The notes: generated from the sequence alone by a model not told the origin. Counted from the first letter of the stretch, positions 11,926 to 24,764 are shown. The stretch: 39,274 nt of DNA from Octopus bimaculoides (GCF_001194135.2 NC_068985.1:58824129-58863402); one strand, 5' to 3'. Numbers and translations are program-made.

Positions 11926-11958
11926 ATGTATGTATATATATATGCACACATATGTATA
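11030..11958. repeat. About 0.9-kb degenerate alternating purine-pyrimidine (TA/TG/CA) region
   Basis: Direct reading; the source of many spurious Y/I/V/C ORFs. Confidence 0.85.
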
Positions 11959-11959
11959 T

Positions 11960-12140
11960 GGAAAATTCACAAACAAAAAACAAATGACGAGACAAGTGGT
12001 GTAGACAACAAACAGATGTATTAGTTTAACGCTCGGGAAGTGAAAATGTCTTTAACGTTTCCAGCCTAGGCTCTTCCAGAGAAATGAACGCAGAAAGAAA
12101 CGAAGAGAAAATAAAGAACGTGTTGTGGCTAGCGGTCTAA
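11960..12140 (-). mobile_element. Short dispersed repeat, probable PLE terminal (pseudo-LTR) remnant with a hammerhead-like motif
   Basis: Reverse complement aligns with 24765-24898 (GAAGAGxxTAGGCT...TTCCCGAGCGTxAAACTAATACAxCTGxTTGTTGT). PLE assignment is inferred from the hammerhead-like topology. Confidence 0.55.
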
Positions 12141-12445
12141 TTGTATTGATAGCATCCCTCGATGTTCTCAACGAAAGTATTGTTTTGACATTATACCGAT
12201 CAAGATAACTGTATGATGCAGGGAAGCAATTTACGTTTGAGTAAACTGTTAAAATATTTTAAAGAGAGTCGTAGGAAATAGTGGCGTTAAAGTGCACAAT
12301 ATATGCAAAAATTAAAACCTTCTGACGAGATATTCCTTTCTCCTCAATATCCACTCATACAACGCACCTCCCTTCGGAATGTTGCAAAAAGTCGCGATGT
12401 CATATTTCTCTTTTTCTTTTTTATATCATTTTGAAAAATAATATT

Positions 12446-12450
<5 letters not shown>

Positions 12451-12499
<49 letters not shown>
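12451..12499. repeat. (TA)n microsatellite
   Basis: Direct reading. Confidence 0.97.
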
Positions 12500-12501
<2 letters not shown>

Positions 12502-13028
12502 AGCGAGCCGAATCGCATTTTCGGTGCCATTTATCGTTTGCAACTTTATCATTTTCCGTACGATGCAAGAGTATTTCTGAGAAGAAATAGATTTTCAGTT
12601 CTATGTTAATAATAATCAGTTTTAGAGTTAAATTATTCCATCTCGTCCAAAGTAAATCTAAAGTCTTTTCATCTCCTTAATGTTGTGTAAATTGTCTGTT
12701 GTCATTCATTTGAATGTTCTCTTTCATTTATTTGGATATTATCTTTGATAACTCAGAGACAAGTACACAATGTCTCGTCCAGGTAAATACACGCACTTCA
12801 AATTAAGAATCACCAGTAAAATAACTTCATTTGAAAGTTTAAACCGATTAAAATAAAAGTGAATCATGTGCAAAAATAGATATAGAAGACAAAATAATAA
12901 AATCATAGTGAATGACAGTCACAAGACTTAAAGCATATAAAAATTAAGCAACTGTTAGTAACAGGCTTCAATTACTCCAGGAAATTTGAAACTCCAGGAA
13001 ATAGAACAGATACGAATCAATTTGAGAT

Positions 13029-13053
13029 TATCGTCATCATTATCCTCATCCTC

Positions 13054-13122
<69 letters not shown>

Positions 13123-13147
13123 GTCATCATCATCATCATCATCATCA
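13029..13147. repeat. (TCA)n/(GAT)n microsatellite
   Basis: Direct reading. Confidence 0.97.
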
Positions 13148-13904
13148 CTACTACCACCGCCATCGTTTAATGTATAAATAAAAATTTGTTCTTTGGTGGG
13201 TCGGGAGTGTTCAAACAATAACAGCTATGACAAATTAAGGAGATTAAAAATGACGAGAAAACACAAAAATCTTATGAAGTGTAATGAACCATTGTAGTTA
13301 ACTCGACCCCAAACGCATAACTGGTGCAGATTTCATTGACATCAGGGTATAAATTCAGTTTGTATGATTGGATAGGAACACTAATCGTAAATAGAAGTTA
13401 TTATATAGTGTAAGTCCACTGATTCTTCACAGCGATATCGATCTGTGATAATTATCAAGATTCTTTAGATAGGCCCGTAGTTTTCAATGTATATCGTGAG
13501 CAAGGAAAGAAACTGGAAAGATCCAGACACAGATTAAGGCAATATCTTGTTACGTAAAGTAGATTACCTTGAAATAGAAATTCAAGCCCAAGTAGTGAGT
13601 TGTTTATTTTGTAACAAATTGCGTAAAACTGTTCATTATTCAGCAATATAAGTTAATATAAGTATGATAATTGGGGAAGATGTAGAAAGGGAATAGCAAT
13701 CGCAACAAAAAGAAGGAAACGGTGAGATAGAGAGGAAACGAAGAAAAGGAGGCACCGAGGAAAGGGTATAATTTAATGATTATCGTTATGGTAATATACA
13801 TGGAATAAGAAAATAGCAAAGATAAATATATATCTATATATGTGTATGTATGTGTGTTTATATATATATATATATATGCGTGTGCGTGTGTGTGCGTGTG
13901 TATA

Positions 13905-14050
13905 NNNNNNNNNNNNNNNNNNNNNNNNNNNNNNNNNNNNNNNNNNNNNNNNNNNNNNNNNNNNNNNNNNNNNNNNNNNNNNNNNNNNNNNNNNNNNNNN
14001 NNNNNNNNNNNNNNNNNNNNNNNNNNNNNNNNNNNNNNNNNNNNNNNNNN
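13905..14050. other. Assembly gap in (TA/TG)n
   Basis: Ns. Confidence 1.
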
Positions 14051-14082
<32 letters not shown>

Positions 14083-15302
14083 CTATGTATGTTTCTATGT
14101 ATATGTTTGCGTTTGTGTGTATGTGCGTCTAAATTACGTGATACAGAACGAGCAACATGGATGGAAATACTTAATCTAATAAGTATTGAAAGATGGAACA
14201 GAAAGTAACAGGCAAGAAAGTAGGATATAAGTATGAAGCTGAAGGGTGCTGAGTGTTTCCAGGTAGTATAAACAACAAATAGAGAATCGTAAATTGCTAC
14301 AGACTCGGGGCCTTGTCACGAAAGAGAATTAATGAAATATTGGAAGTGGAAGATATTTTACCAAAACGATTCCCTTAAGTAAAAATTAACGAGTGATGTA
14401 ATTCTATCAAATCGAGCCAAGAGTAAACACGATAAGAGTGTTTAAGTATATATTAGAGAAAATACTAACAGCCATATATAGATCTATATAGATTTCAGCA
14501 GGAAATTACAGTGTGATGAGCTGATAATAGTGGAACGCACCCCTATGCAGATACATATACATATACACTATATGCCTGCATATATGTGTATAAGTGAGTA
14601 TAAGTGTTTGTTTGTGAGAATGTGTGTGTTGTGTGTGTTTGTGCATGTGTATCTATATGTTTTTTTAAAAATACTATTTAGACCATCGTACATCAATTTA
14701 TGAACCATGCACTCAAAACTAGAAGGAGACATAGTAATAGCTGACGGTGGAATGTAAATTATAGTAATTAAGAAATAAACATTTTTCCATCTTGCGTGTG
14801 AGCATGAGTAGATCATAAATAGGACTTACTAATTTTCCAACTTTGACATCGCATTTCCTACTCTGATATCTACGATGATACACGCTTCCGCATGATAATT
14901 ATTTCGTCTATATTTTTTCATTGAAGAACAAATTCCTACATAAGCTGTAGCAGAGGTTTTCTTGATCATTTCAGTCATTTCAAAATTTTATCTGCAAAAT
15001 GTTTAGCATATAATTTACGGAGATGGTAAATGAATACGCTAGCACTTTCCTAAATAATGAGAATCCGAGTCTTTAAACAAAACTGGGTACAATGTTAACT
15101 AATTTCCCTTCAGTTCATCCATCAACTTGCAAATAAATTCATAGAAAGAAATATGTGGACGAATTTGATGGCAGATAGATAAACTAAATACGGCTTATAT
15201 TTAATGATTCATTCCAGTACGACGAAATTGAATCTGTAGTATTTTTCTTAACTTCTAATACAGGGCAAGAGATTTACAATGAAGTATATCTTGATGAAAG
15301 AT

Positions 15303-15490
15303 GGTTGGATTGCAGAAACGGCAGCACGTCAAACAAAATCATGAGCGGCATTTCCTCTGGCCTTCTGATTTCAAATAACACCAATTTCGACTTAGTATGT
15401 CATCATCGGTGTCGATAAAATAAATTACCAGTCAAATAATGTAGCAGTAATATACCGGGGTTGATGCAAATGGCTTTTCTCCCACCCCTT
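15303..15490 (+). mobile_element. SINE family A, highly degenerate
   Basis: GCAGAAACGGCAGCACG...AGCGGCATTTC...TGTCGATAAAATAAATTACCAG...GGGGTTGATG match the family A landmarks in order. Confidence 0.55.
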
Positions 15491-16167
15491 TAACTCTGCA
15501 ACGGATTGACATCCAATTCACTAGGTTGATGTTGCGTTCTCGGTCACTTATGTACCATGGAAACCGATTACCTTGCTGAAGAGCTAGAGAGAAAGATATA
15601 ATGAGAAAATGTCACGACTAACATTTCATTCCCTAACATTTAATGTCTCATAAATTGAAAAAATATTTATCAAAATATTGTTCGTGCTTTATTTTATTTT
15701 GTTTGCATTTAATGCTTATGCTGAAGTATTTATAGGTAACTCCTCCCTTCCTGATGGAAATTATTTCACGGTAACATGTAAATTTTTTGTTAAAAATTTA
15801 CTACTATATAGCAATTGTACCAAGTTCGTTCAAGTACTGTTGATATGATGTGTATGTTTAAAATCGTCACGTCACGTGGGTTAACGATAAAATCTCATGG
15901 CGGCTCACGCCATGATATCTATAAAATGACATTTAAAATCCGAGGTAATTTTCATTAAAGGTTTCCAAAAATTTTTTATCAGATCCTCTAATCGAAATAA
16001 TATAGATGAAATCACTTGAAGTTTGATATAACGTCATTAATGCTATACACGTTGGATATTATTAGAGAGTAAAGATAGGCAATAGAGAAAGAATGATCTG
16101 TTAAAGAATGAGAGAAAATACAAGAATGACGAGTTCAAATCACCTTAGATTAGTGTATAAATATGAA

Positions 16168-16505
16168 GGCGCATGGCTCAGTGGTTAGAACGTCGAACTC
16201 ACAACCACGAAGTAGTAAGTTCGATTCCCGGAGCAGGCTGTGTATTGTGTTCTTGAGCAAGACACTTTATATCACGTTGCTCCACTTCACTCAGCTGTAT
16301 AAATGAGTTGCGATGTCACTAGTGCCAAACTGTATCGACCTTAGCCTTTCCCTTTGATAACATCGGTGAAGTGGAGAGGGGTGGCTGGTATGCATGGGCG
16401 ACGGCTGGTCTTCCATAAACAACCTTGTCCAGTCTTGTACTTCAGAGGGGAACTTTCTATGTGCAATCCCATGGTTTTTCATGACCGAAGGGGGTCTGTA
16501 CCATT
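16168..16505 (+). mobile_element. tRNA-derived SINE, family C (working label)
   Basis: A-box TGGCTCAGTGG at 16174-16184, B-box GTTCGATTC at 16219-16227, followed by TGTGTTCTTGAGCAAGACACTTTAT..TTGCTCCA..CACTCAGCTGTATAAATGAGT, which resembles conserved SINE central domains (Meta/V type). Confidence 0.85.
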
Positions 16506-16694
16506 TTTTATAATTGTATGAGTAGTTTCCATAAGGAAGAGTAAATTTTAATTCATTATCATCGTCATTGTCGTCGCCGCCATCTTCGCAGTTGCCATGA
16601 AGTTTGTCAGAATCCATTGCTGGAGATGTTTTGCAGCCAGATGTCCTTTTTTGCTACGAATATTCAACTGTATCCAAACATGGATATATTTCCC

Positions 16695-17105
16695 TTTTAC
16701 TCTTTTACTTCTTTCAGCCATTCAGTCATTTGACTGCGGCCATGCTGGAGTACCACCTTTAGGCGATCAAATCCACCCCAGGATTTATTCTTTGTAAGCC
16801 TAGTACTTATTCTATCGGTCTCTTGTGCCGAACCGCTAAGTTACGGGGACCTAAGCACACCAGCATCGGTTGTCAAGCGATGTTGAGGGGACAAACACAG
16901 ACACACAGACGCACACACACACATATATATATACATATATACGACGGGCTTCTTTCAGATTCCATCTACCAAATCCACTCACAAGGCTTTGGTCGGCCCG
17001 AGGTCATAGTAGAAGACACTTTGCCGAAGGTCCCACGCAGTTGGACTGAACCCAGAACCATGTGGTTGGTAAGCAAGCTACTTATCACACAACCACTCCT
17101 GCGCC
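16695..17105 (-). mobile_element. SINE family B, full length
   Basis: Head GGCGCAGGAGTGGTTGTGTG, internal microsatellite, tail AAGTAAAAGAGTAAAAG. Colinear with 8839-9213. Confidence 0.9.
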
Positions 17106-17609
17106 TTTGGCAATAATATTTTTTCTTATGGAGGACTGGAAACAAATATCATCGTTTTCTAAATGTTGATGGTGCCATAACCTTTCGCTTGTATATCTAA
17201 AATAACTTAATTTCAAGTTATTGTATTCTATGTCAATCAAAATCTCATTAGAACATCTAGAGATATTCAGGGATGGATATAAATGAAAATATATTAACTG
17301 AAATATATTGGAAATGACATGACTATAAACTGAAGGAATATCAAGGAGGACAGGTGTTATAATGTGATTATTTCGCAAATAAAATAGTTGCACACACACT
17401 CTCTCTACCTCACTCTCTCTCTCTCTCTCTCTCTCTCTCGCACACACACACACACCCACCACATACATACATACATACATAAGTACACACACATACACAC
17501 ACATATATTGAAATTCTTCTTTCGTCAATAAAAACTTTTTTCAATCTGCCGGTAACATGTCTAAACAGCAAAAACAAAAAAAAACCCTAGAAACTATGCT
17601 ATAACTTAC

Positions 17610-17681
17610 CTGAAACATATGCCATGAATTTAATTTTAAAATTATTTCATTCCTGGAATAATCTTGTTCTTCTTCTGCCAT
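17610..17681 (-). CDS. Candidate first coding exon of an unidentified gene (MAEEEQDYSRNEIILKLNSWHMFQ)
   Basis: Kozak-like aacATGG, in-frame TAA 15 nt upstream, 24 open codons, then an optimal donor CAG|GTAAGT. I do not recognise the peptide. Confidence 0.3.
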
Positions 17682-17883
17682 GTTACGATAAATTTCTTAA
17701 TTTATTTTTCATATATTATATTCTTCTATGAATGTTTTCATACCATTGAAAAGAATACATTTTAAGGAAATAGGATTACTCAGAAAAAGAAAAGAGGAAG
17801 ACACTACAGCTGCAACTTAAAATACAGACACACAAAGACAGGAGCATATGCATGAGTGTACGTATATTATATATATAAATATA

Positions 17884-18069
17884 NNNNNNNNNNNNNNNNN
17901 NNNNNNNNNNNNNNNNNNNNNNNNNNNNNNNNNNNNNNNNNNNNNNNNNNNNNNNNNNNNNNNNNNNNNNNNNNNNNNNNNNNNNNNNNNNNNNNNNNNN
18001 NNNNNNNNNNNNNNNNNNNNNNNNNNNNNNNNNNNNNNNNNNNNNNNNNNNNNNNNNNNNNNNNNNNNN
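17884..18069. other. Assembly gap
   Basis: Ns. Confidence 1.
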
Positions 18070-18088
18070 ACAGACAAATAAACATAGA

Positions 18089-18165
18089 GGCAGGTAGGTA
18101 GGTAGGTAGGTAGGTAGGTAGGTAGGTAGGTAGGTAGGCAGGCAGGTAGACAGACATACAATTAG

Positions 18166-18261
<96 letters not shown>
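18089..18261. repeat. (GGTA)n plus (GATA)n tetranucleotide microsatellites
   Basis: Direct reading. Confidence 0.97.
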
Positions 18262-18262
<1 letters not shown>

Positions 18263-18469
18263 TACACGCACATAGAGTGAGAGAGAGACTGATAGTTAGA
18301 CATACAGACGGGCAGAAACAGGTACTCATATACACAAACATACACGTAAACATATACACATATGTGTGTGCATGTATGCATGTAAGTATGTAAGTATCAT
18401 GTATGTATGTATCTATGTATGTATGTATGTAGGATCATTACATATATGGCCTGAAGAACAGTCTGAAAA

Positions 18470-20212
18470 AGGTACCCAAGCCACAGCCTGGACCACCTCA
18501 CCCTGGACTGCATGCCGCTACGGGCGGTGATCCCTTCTTTTCGGTTAAAACAGCAAGACGAACATATCGATGACATCTCTCACCATTGGCACATGGAACG
18601 TGCGAAGGCTTATGGACAGCTCTAAAGCAAACAGACCCAAAAGACGGGCAAGAATTGTTGCAGGAGAACTCGGTAGTTGTAACATCCACATTTCAGCTCT
18701 GGGTGAGATGGGACTTGAAGGGAAATATCAGCTGACATAGGTCAAAACCGGCTACACCCCTCACTCCTTCTGGAGTGGCAGCAGCAGTGGCTAAAGTCGT
18801 GAAGCAGGAGTTCTGCTAGCAGGATGATCTAGATAGATTAGCCTGCTAGCAAGTCATCCTAAAAGAGTGCATGATTGATCAATGTCTGTACAGCTCCTCC
18901 TGAGGGGAAGGTGGTATGCTACCATTATCAGTGCTTAAGCCCCTACCAGGACTAACTCTGATGAGTTCAAAGATAATTTATGAAGACCATCATACCAGTT
19001 TTATCTATGGTGGACAGATTATGTGACACAGGAGGGAGTCTTTGTAAGAAAGGAAGTTTGAAAGAGCAGCAGCAAACTACAGCTGAAGACCTGTGCAGCA
19101 CATGACCTGCTGATCACCAACAGTGTTTCGCCTGACGAACTTCAAAAAGAACTGCATTTTATTGACTTCGTCATTGTCAGGAGACTCGGCAGGCAGGATA
19201 TTAGGCTGAAAAAGTCCATATGTGTCGCCGAATGCTGTTCAGATCACCGACGTATCCTCGTAAATATTGAAATGCACATCCAGCCCAGGCGGAGACCGCA
19301 AAGGAAGTCAGACAACAAGCTAGACATTAGTGAATTGAAACAGCAGAATGTGAAACAGAACCTCAGCGAGGAACTGGGCAGCACGTTTAGACAACTCAAC
19401 GTTCGTAGAAAGGAAGCAGAAGCAGACTGGTTGGTATACAGCGACGTAGTGTACAACACGGAAAGCATTCATATGGGCCGTCAAAAGCTCAGACATGGAG
19501 ACTGGTTTGACAACATCAGTGAAGAAATTTTGAAGGTGTACGATAAGAAGCACGAAGCCTATAGAATCTCTCAGCAAGACAACGCATCGGACTCCAAGAA
19601 AACATCGTAGAACACGATCCAAAGCAAGATGCAGGTAAAGCACAGACAAACGAAGAATTCGTTGCTCAGCAACGAGTCAGATGAGACACAGGAGTACGAT
19701 GACAGCAATAGATCCAACGTTTTTACGATGTCCTGAATGCCATCCATACTCCTCCAGAACCTCACCGCTGCTCAATGCTTACTGGACAACTATCTTCAGT
19801 GATAAAAACGCAATCCTTGAAAGGTGGGTAGAACTCTTCAACAAAGTCCTGAACAGGCCTTTGTCTAGCAATGCTGAGGACATTGATTGCAGAAAACTTG
19901 ACAGAAAACTTTTCNNNNNNNNNNGGGGGGGGGGGAGTCTTGGCACAGAAGCACACCGATATCTTTCACACGATGAGACTACAAGAAAAATGGAAATAGG
20001 CAGTCCTGTGACGACTATCGAGGAATTTCTCATTTTTTCATCACTGGGAAAATACTTGGAAGGGTTCTACTTAATAGCCTCACTGAGCAAGTGGAAGACA
20101 GGCATCTCAAAAATCAGTGAGCCTTCATAATTGGCCGTAGAACAGTCAAAATCATCTTGCCGCACGCGAACGTCTGGATAAGTGCCAGGAACAGAAACAG
20201 GAATTTTACACA
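18470..20212 (+). mobile_element. RTE-clade LINE: 5' region, APE endonuclease, tether and start of RT; degraded and 3'-truncated
   Basis: ATG at 18570 gives MTSLTIGTWNVRRLMDSSKANRPKRRARIVAGELGSCNIHISALGE...GYT..FWSG. Later motifs: ATIISA*APT, DLLITNSVF, IDFVIV, SDHRRI, DWFDN..EEI, KNAILERWVELFNKVLNRP, YKKNGNRQSCDDYRGIS..GKILGRVLLN (from 19980), and frameshifted IFAARERLDKCQEQ. It ends before the FVDLxKAFD motif. A 9-N gap at 19915-19923 lies inside. Confidence 0.9.
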
Positions 20213-20694
20213 CGGTGGTTGTGTATGTATTAATACGTATGTGTGTGCCAGTGCCCTCTTAAGCTTTGAATCACTAGGTCTGATAAGGTGATCCATAAAT
20301 CAGAAACAAAAAAACAATTAAAATCAGTGACAGTTAAAAATCTGTTTAGAATTATTCACTAGCCGTGTGGTCTGGCTAGGTCAAAATGTTTTTTTGTATT
20401 CTTCCTTTCCACTTGGAGAGTTTAAATGTAGTTACAAAAATATATCCTGTTGAAATGAAATTTCAGTACATTTCTATATCTTTGTGCAGCTGGGGATTGC
20501 TCTGCATTTTACATTTGATGTAATGTTCACATTGCTTAATTAAAGGAGTCTCATGAAACGAGCGTATTGCATTAACTTTGGATATCCTTGTTGCTTATTT
20601 TGACTTTAATCACTTTATTTTGAAACTGTATGGATAATACCATACATAATTCTGGTGCCTAAACTTATGTACCATATTCACCGTGAATCTAAAT

Positions 20695-20715
20695 ATATAT
20701 ATATATATATATATC

Positions 20716-20749
<34 letters not shown>

Positions 20750-20768
20750 GAGACAGAGAGACAGAGAT

Positions 20769-20832
<64 letters not shown>
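20695..20832. repeat. Compound (TA)(GA)(GACA)(GATA)n microsatellite
   Basis: Direct reading. Confidence 0.95.
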
Positions 20833-20834
<2 letters not shown>

Positions 20835-21408
20835 TTTAAAACTGATTGAATTATAGAAACACATGAACTCAGATCAAAAGAAGCGTTTTATTTAACTTAA
20901 CATTATGTAATGATCAAATACCAAGATTATTGTATCTCGCTTTCTGCAGAATGTAATAGATTAATATAATTTTCATTAATATAATATTTTTAATATAATG
21001 TTTTTCATTTGAATCGATGACGTAGTCCACATTGTAAGCATAAAATAAAGAGCTCACTAAATTCTCTTCATCAGCATGCCACACGGACTACGTTAGACGA
21101 GTAAATACAATTTCAAAAGTGACTCAATTTTCATATCTTACCCCTCCAATCAGCAGGAACATATGGAATTAATCTAGTGTGTTATTTGCTAGTTTGTGGT
21201 TGAGATTTCACCGTCAGTAATATCAATGAGGAAGGCAATATCAAATATCTCGGTAGACAGATTAGTTAGATATCTTAGTGTTTTGTGTTCTTTAATCGGA
21301 AATGTAAATCTAAATAGTGGAAAGTCTAGCAACATCCGTAAGTGAAACTTAATTTGTGACACAGAAATCTGACATCAAGAGAATTCTGTTAAGTATTCAA
21401 TACAATTA

Positions 21409-21410
<2 letters not shown>

Positions 21411-21454
<44 letters not shown>

Positions 21455-21545
21455 NNNNNNNNNNNNNNNNNNNNNNNNNNNNNNNNNNNNNNNNNNNNNN
21501 NNNNNNNNNNNNNNNNNNCTCTCTCTCTCTCTCTCTCTCTCTCAT
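21411..21545. repeat. (TC)n microsatellite containing the gap 21455-21518
   Basis: Direct reading. Confidence 0.95.
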
Positions 21546-22454
21546 CTCTTTCCCCTCTCTCTCCCTTTCACTCTTTCTTTCTCTCTATGTCCCTTTCTCC
21601 TTTTCCATCTCTCTCACCCACTCATTGTTTTCGTCAATTAACGGAATTATATGAAACATTGACAATCATGTAACGTGGACTCATAACATAGTGACATAAA
21701 ACTAAATACATTAAGAAATTACGTTGTATTAGTTGTTTCTGGTGTCACCTCATTTAACGCCGATCTGAACATAATAATTAAGGTCGCGATCATCATCGAA
21801 TGTAGCGAGATTTCATCCAAACCAAATTTGAGGCCCAAATTCAATACGAAGTTGTAGGTTGCTCTCAGAGTTAATATTTTCCATATCATGCCACCTGCAA
21901 GAATATCAAATGTTTTAAACACGGAAACTTCATTATCATTTACGCCCTTAAGGTTGATGGTTTATTTAATAATTAGCACAACATTCAATTTATACGTTGG
22001 TTTCTTCATCATAATAGTAATATTACAAAAATGTGGCACAAATTATTCCATCCAAGAATCTCCGTGATTTCTGGGCGAAATCTCATTCTATTATGAAATG
22101 AGATTTATATCGTTCTATCGAAAACGTCTGATTGACAGACTCATGGGAAAAAGTATAAAATCAAGACGTACAGCAAATTAATATTCACTGATTCTTAATG
22201 CTTAATAATTTAACATAAATATCTTCTTTGATTTGTCCCGGTATCCTATGAACTAAATATTATAATTAGTCTCAGAATACCCTGTCCAGAGAATTGATTA
22301 GAAGGAAGAATGAACTGCAATACTTTGCCGTTGCCTTCTCCAGAATATATTTTTGTTCCATTTAAAAAATCTTTCGTCAATTTTAAAGTGCAGTTTATAG
22401 ATATATAATTGTCCGAGTAATTGTATAAAATCTTTCTTCCTCATTTCACCTTCA

Positions 22455-23395
22455 CAGAAAAGATATGACAGGCAAAAGAATCGACTGTATAATAAATTTT
22501 AAACGTATAACCTAGACTTTCTAGGCGTTTCTATGGTTTTTCAAAAATCCACAGAAGTCAGATAATTAATGAAGCCAAGAATGAATCACCAGACATATGC
22601 ATCAACGTTCAATCACCAAGAGATTTATAATTACGATCTATTACAAGTGGTCCATCATGTGAAACTTAAGCTGCGTTCTGGGCATCCTACGATCTAGTTA
22701 TGCTGAACCACCGCCCAAAAACAATCAATGAAGAGGCAGTTATGGAAGCATTTGATATCATGAACCTGTATACTAATATCCCACACGACTATGGAATAAA
22801 AACCGTCAAATTTATTTTCATTCGAAAAATATCCAGAGTGCATCAACAAGGAATTCATAACTGAAACGTTAAATTTTATCCTCCCGAATAATTACTTCAT
22901 GTTTGATACCAGTTACTACTGACAAAATGTAGAATTGCGATGGGAACAAAAGCATCCCCAGTTGTTGCAAACCTGGTAATGGTGTATTTAGAATGGACTT
23001 TATATCAAGAATCACTACAAAAATATGCATAATCTTTTTAGCAATATATTAGTGAGAACTGGAAAATATAATCTGGATGACTACTTTATCATTTGGAATG
23101 AAGGTATTTATAAAGTATACGAATTTTAAACACTGATCAATGATGTAAATACAATCACGCAATTCACAATAGAATATAGCAAAGAGAAACTTTTAATTCT
23201 TGATGGTTTAATAAAGAAAAGTGAATAACCAAAGTGAAACTGACGTCTACTATAAACCCACAAACTCGAAGCAATATCTACTATTTATCTCATACAATCC
23301 GAAACTCATTGAAATAACTATCGATTTTAATTTAGCGAAAAGTATTTGCAAAATACTGTCTCATAAAAATACCCTACGTCATAACTTGTTGTTCC
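22455..23395 (+). mobile_element. Penelope-like element (PLE) reverse transcriptase/thumb fragment, degraded
   Basis: FYGFSKIHRS (22529), LRSITSGP, AFDIMNLYTNIPHDYGI (22748), IAMGTKASPVVANLVM (22934), LDDYFIIW (23073), ETDVYYKPTNSKQYL, FNLAKSICKI occur in PLE RT order, with stops and frameshifts. Confidence 0.88.
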
Positions 23396-24764
23396 GGACA
23401 TAGAAACAACTATACAGTTTTTAGTTCGATCTTATCAATGACAGGATAGTTGGGTTACATGAATGCGTACCATATTAAAAAGATCTACTAGTTCTAGCAT
23501 TCCAGAAACAGCTTTAGTCATGTACAATAACTGTTCTATGCTTCATTTGTACTTTACTTGTACGATTTATTATAAAGTGAATATCATAAAGTGACACCAA
23601 GATGCAGCTGATTCTGTCCATTAGTTTGCCTGCAATTGTTACTTTGAGCTGTGTATGCAACTATTTATTGTTTTTCTCAGGAGCTCAGATGGAGGTTAAA
23701 GTTAGACACAGGGGCTTAGGTCTGACAGTGGTAATATGTACCAGCAGTTTTGAATGTGAACATGCTATTCTCTATTGTATTTTTTCTATGCAGAACTTTT
23801 TGCAGATAATGTTCTCACAGCACTCAATTCATTGAAGTGCAGAGACTTTGAGATACCGTGGTTGTGTCTATTCATTCGAAGTTGACACTGATCAATAGAT
23901 TTAAACAAGAATTGTGGCTCTCCTCTTTAAACGATTTGCTGTTACATGCTTATATTTTGTATCATATAACTTATAATATGCAGGCCTGAACTATGTTCTA
24001 CATTTAGCTTCACATGAATACAGAAACAAATTTATCCTCAAAAGTCAGAATAAATTATAGTTTGCTATATCAAAGCCTCATAGAAATTATAATCTGCACA
24101 CATTTGAATATTACATGCTTAAAAGTGGGGAAATACGCTATAAGAATACCAAATAACCAGCGTGATAGCAAGCATAAAATAATTAAATTTCATGAACCAG
24201 AAAGTAATGTCTGGTTGTATACTTCAAAAATTATTCCAAGCGCATAGAAATAATAAAATTCTCTGATAGAGAGTTTATATACCTTAATATGGAAAGCAAA
24301 GGGAGTTGTTTCAAAGATAGCCAAGTTGTGTATATGATGGATATTGAATACTAATAATATTGAACCGATTGTTTGGAAACGCTAACATCTCATTAGATTG
24401 ATAAAATTATAAGGGCTAGATTTGTCAGGCAATGATAAATGAATAAATGAGGTTATTTCATGTAACAATATACAGAAAAACATAGCAAGAAGTAAAACAC
24501 AAGCAAAGAAGACGAGAAGGATAAAACATAGTTCAATGATCCCAAAGAGATATCTGCAAATTAACGAACTTAGAGAGGAGAATCTGGTTGTAAAAGAAGC
24601 ATTTAATAAACTATATACTTGAAAATTACTTGAAATGTATTGATAATTTTGTAATATTATTCACACGCACCAGTATAATGTGTTTAAAAAGAGGATTATC
24701 AAAATAACAGTTGGTAATGAACACATAACAAACGTGAATTATAAGTTTTTGAGTGCGCTCATAA

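Noticed and set aside
13285-13360. Possible very old SINE A remnant (minus)
   Set aside because: Only short motifs (TCGACCCCA, AACTGGT) match, which is too degenerate to call.
15896-15916. 8-bp-stem hairpin TCATGGCG-GCTCA-CGCCATGA
   Set aside because: A single short hairpin is expected by chance in 39 kb, and there is no CTRR terminus at the right distance.
16168-16240. tRNA gene calls for SINE heads (also 8839, 17105, 38222)
   Set aside because: A/B boxes are present, but there is no complete cloverleaf and the heads continue into repeat bodies.
21749-21894. Minus-strand exon candidate (ttcttgcag|GTGGCATG...)
   Set aside because: The donor is weak, the peptide is unrecognisable, and the phase is incompatible with nearby candidates.
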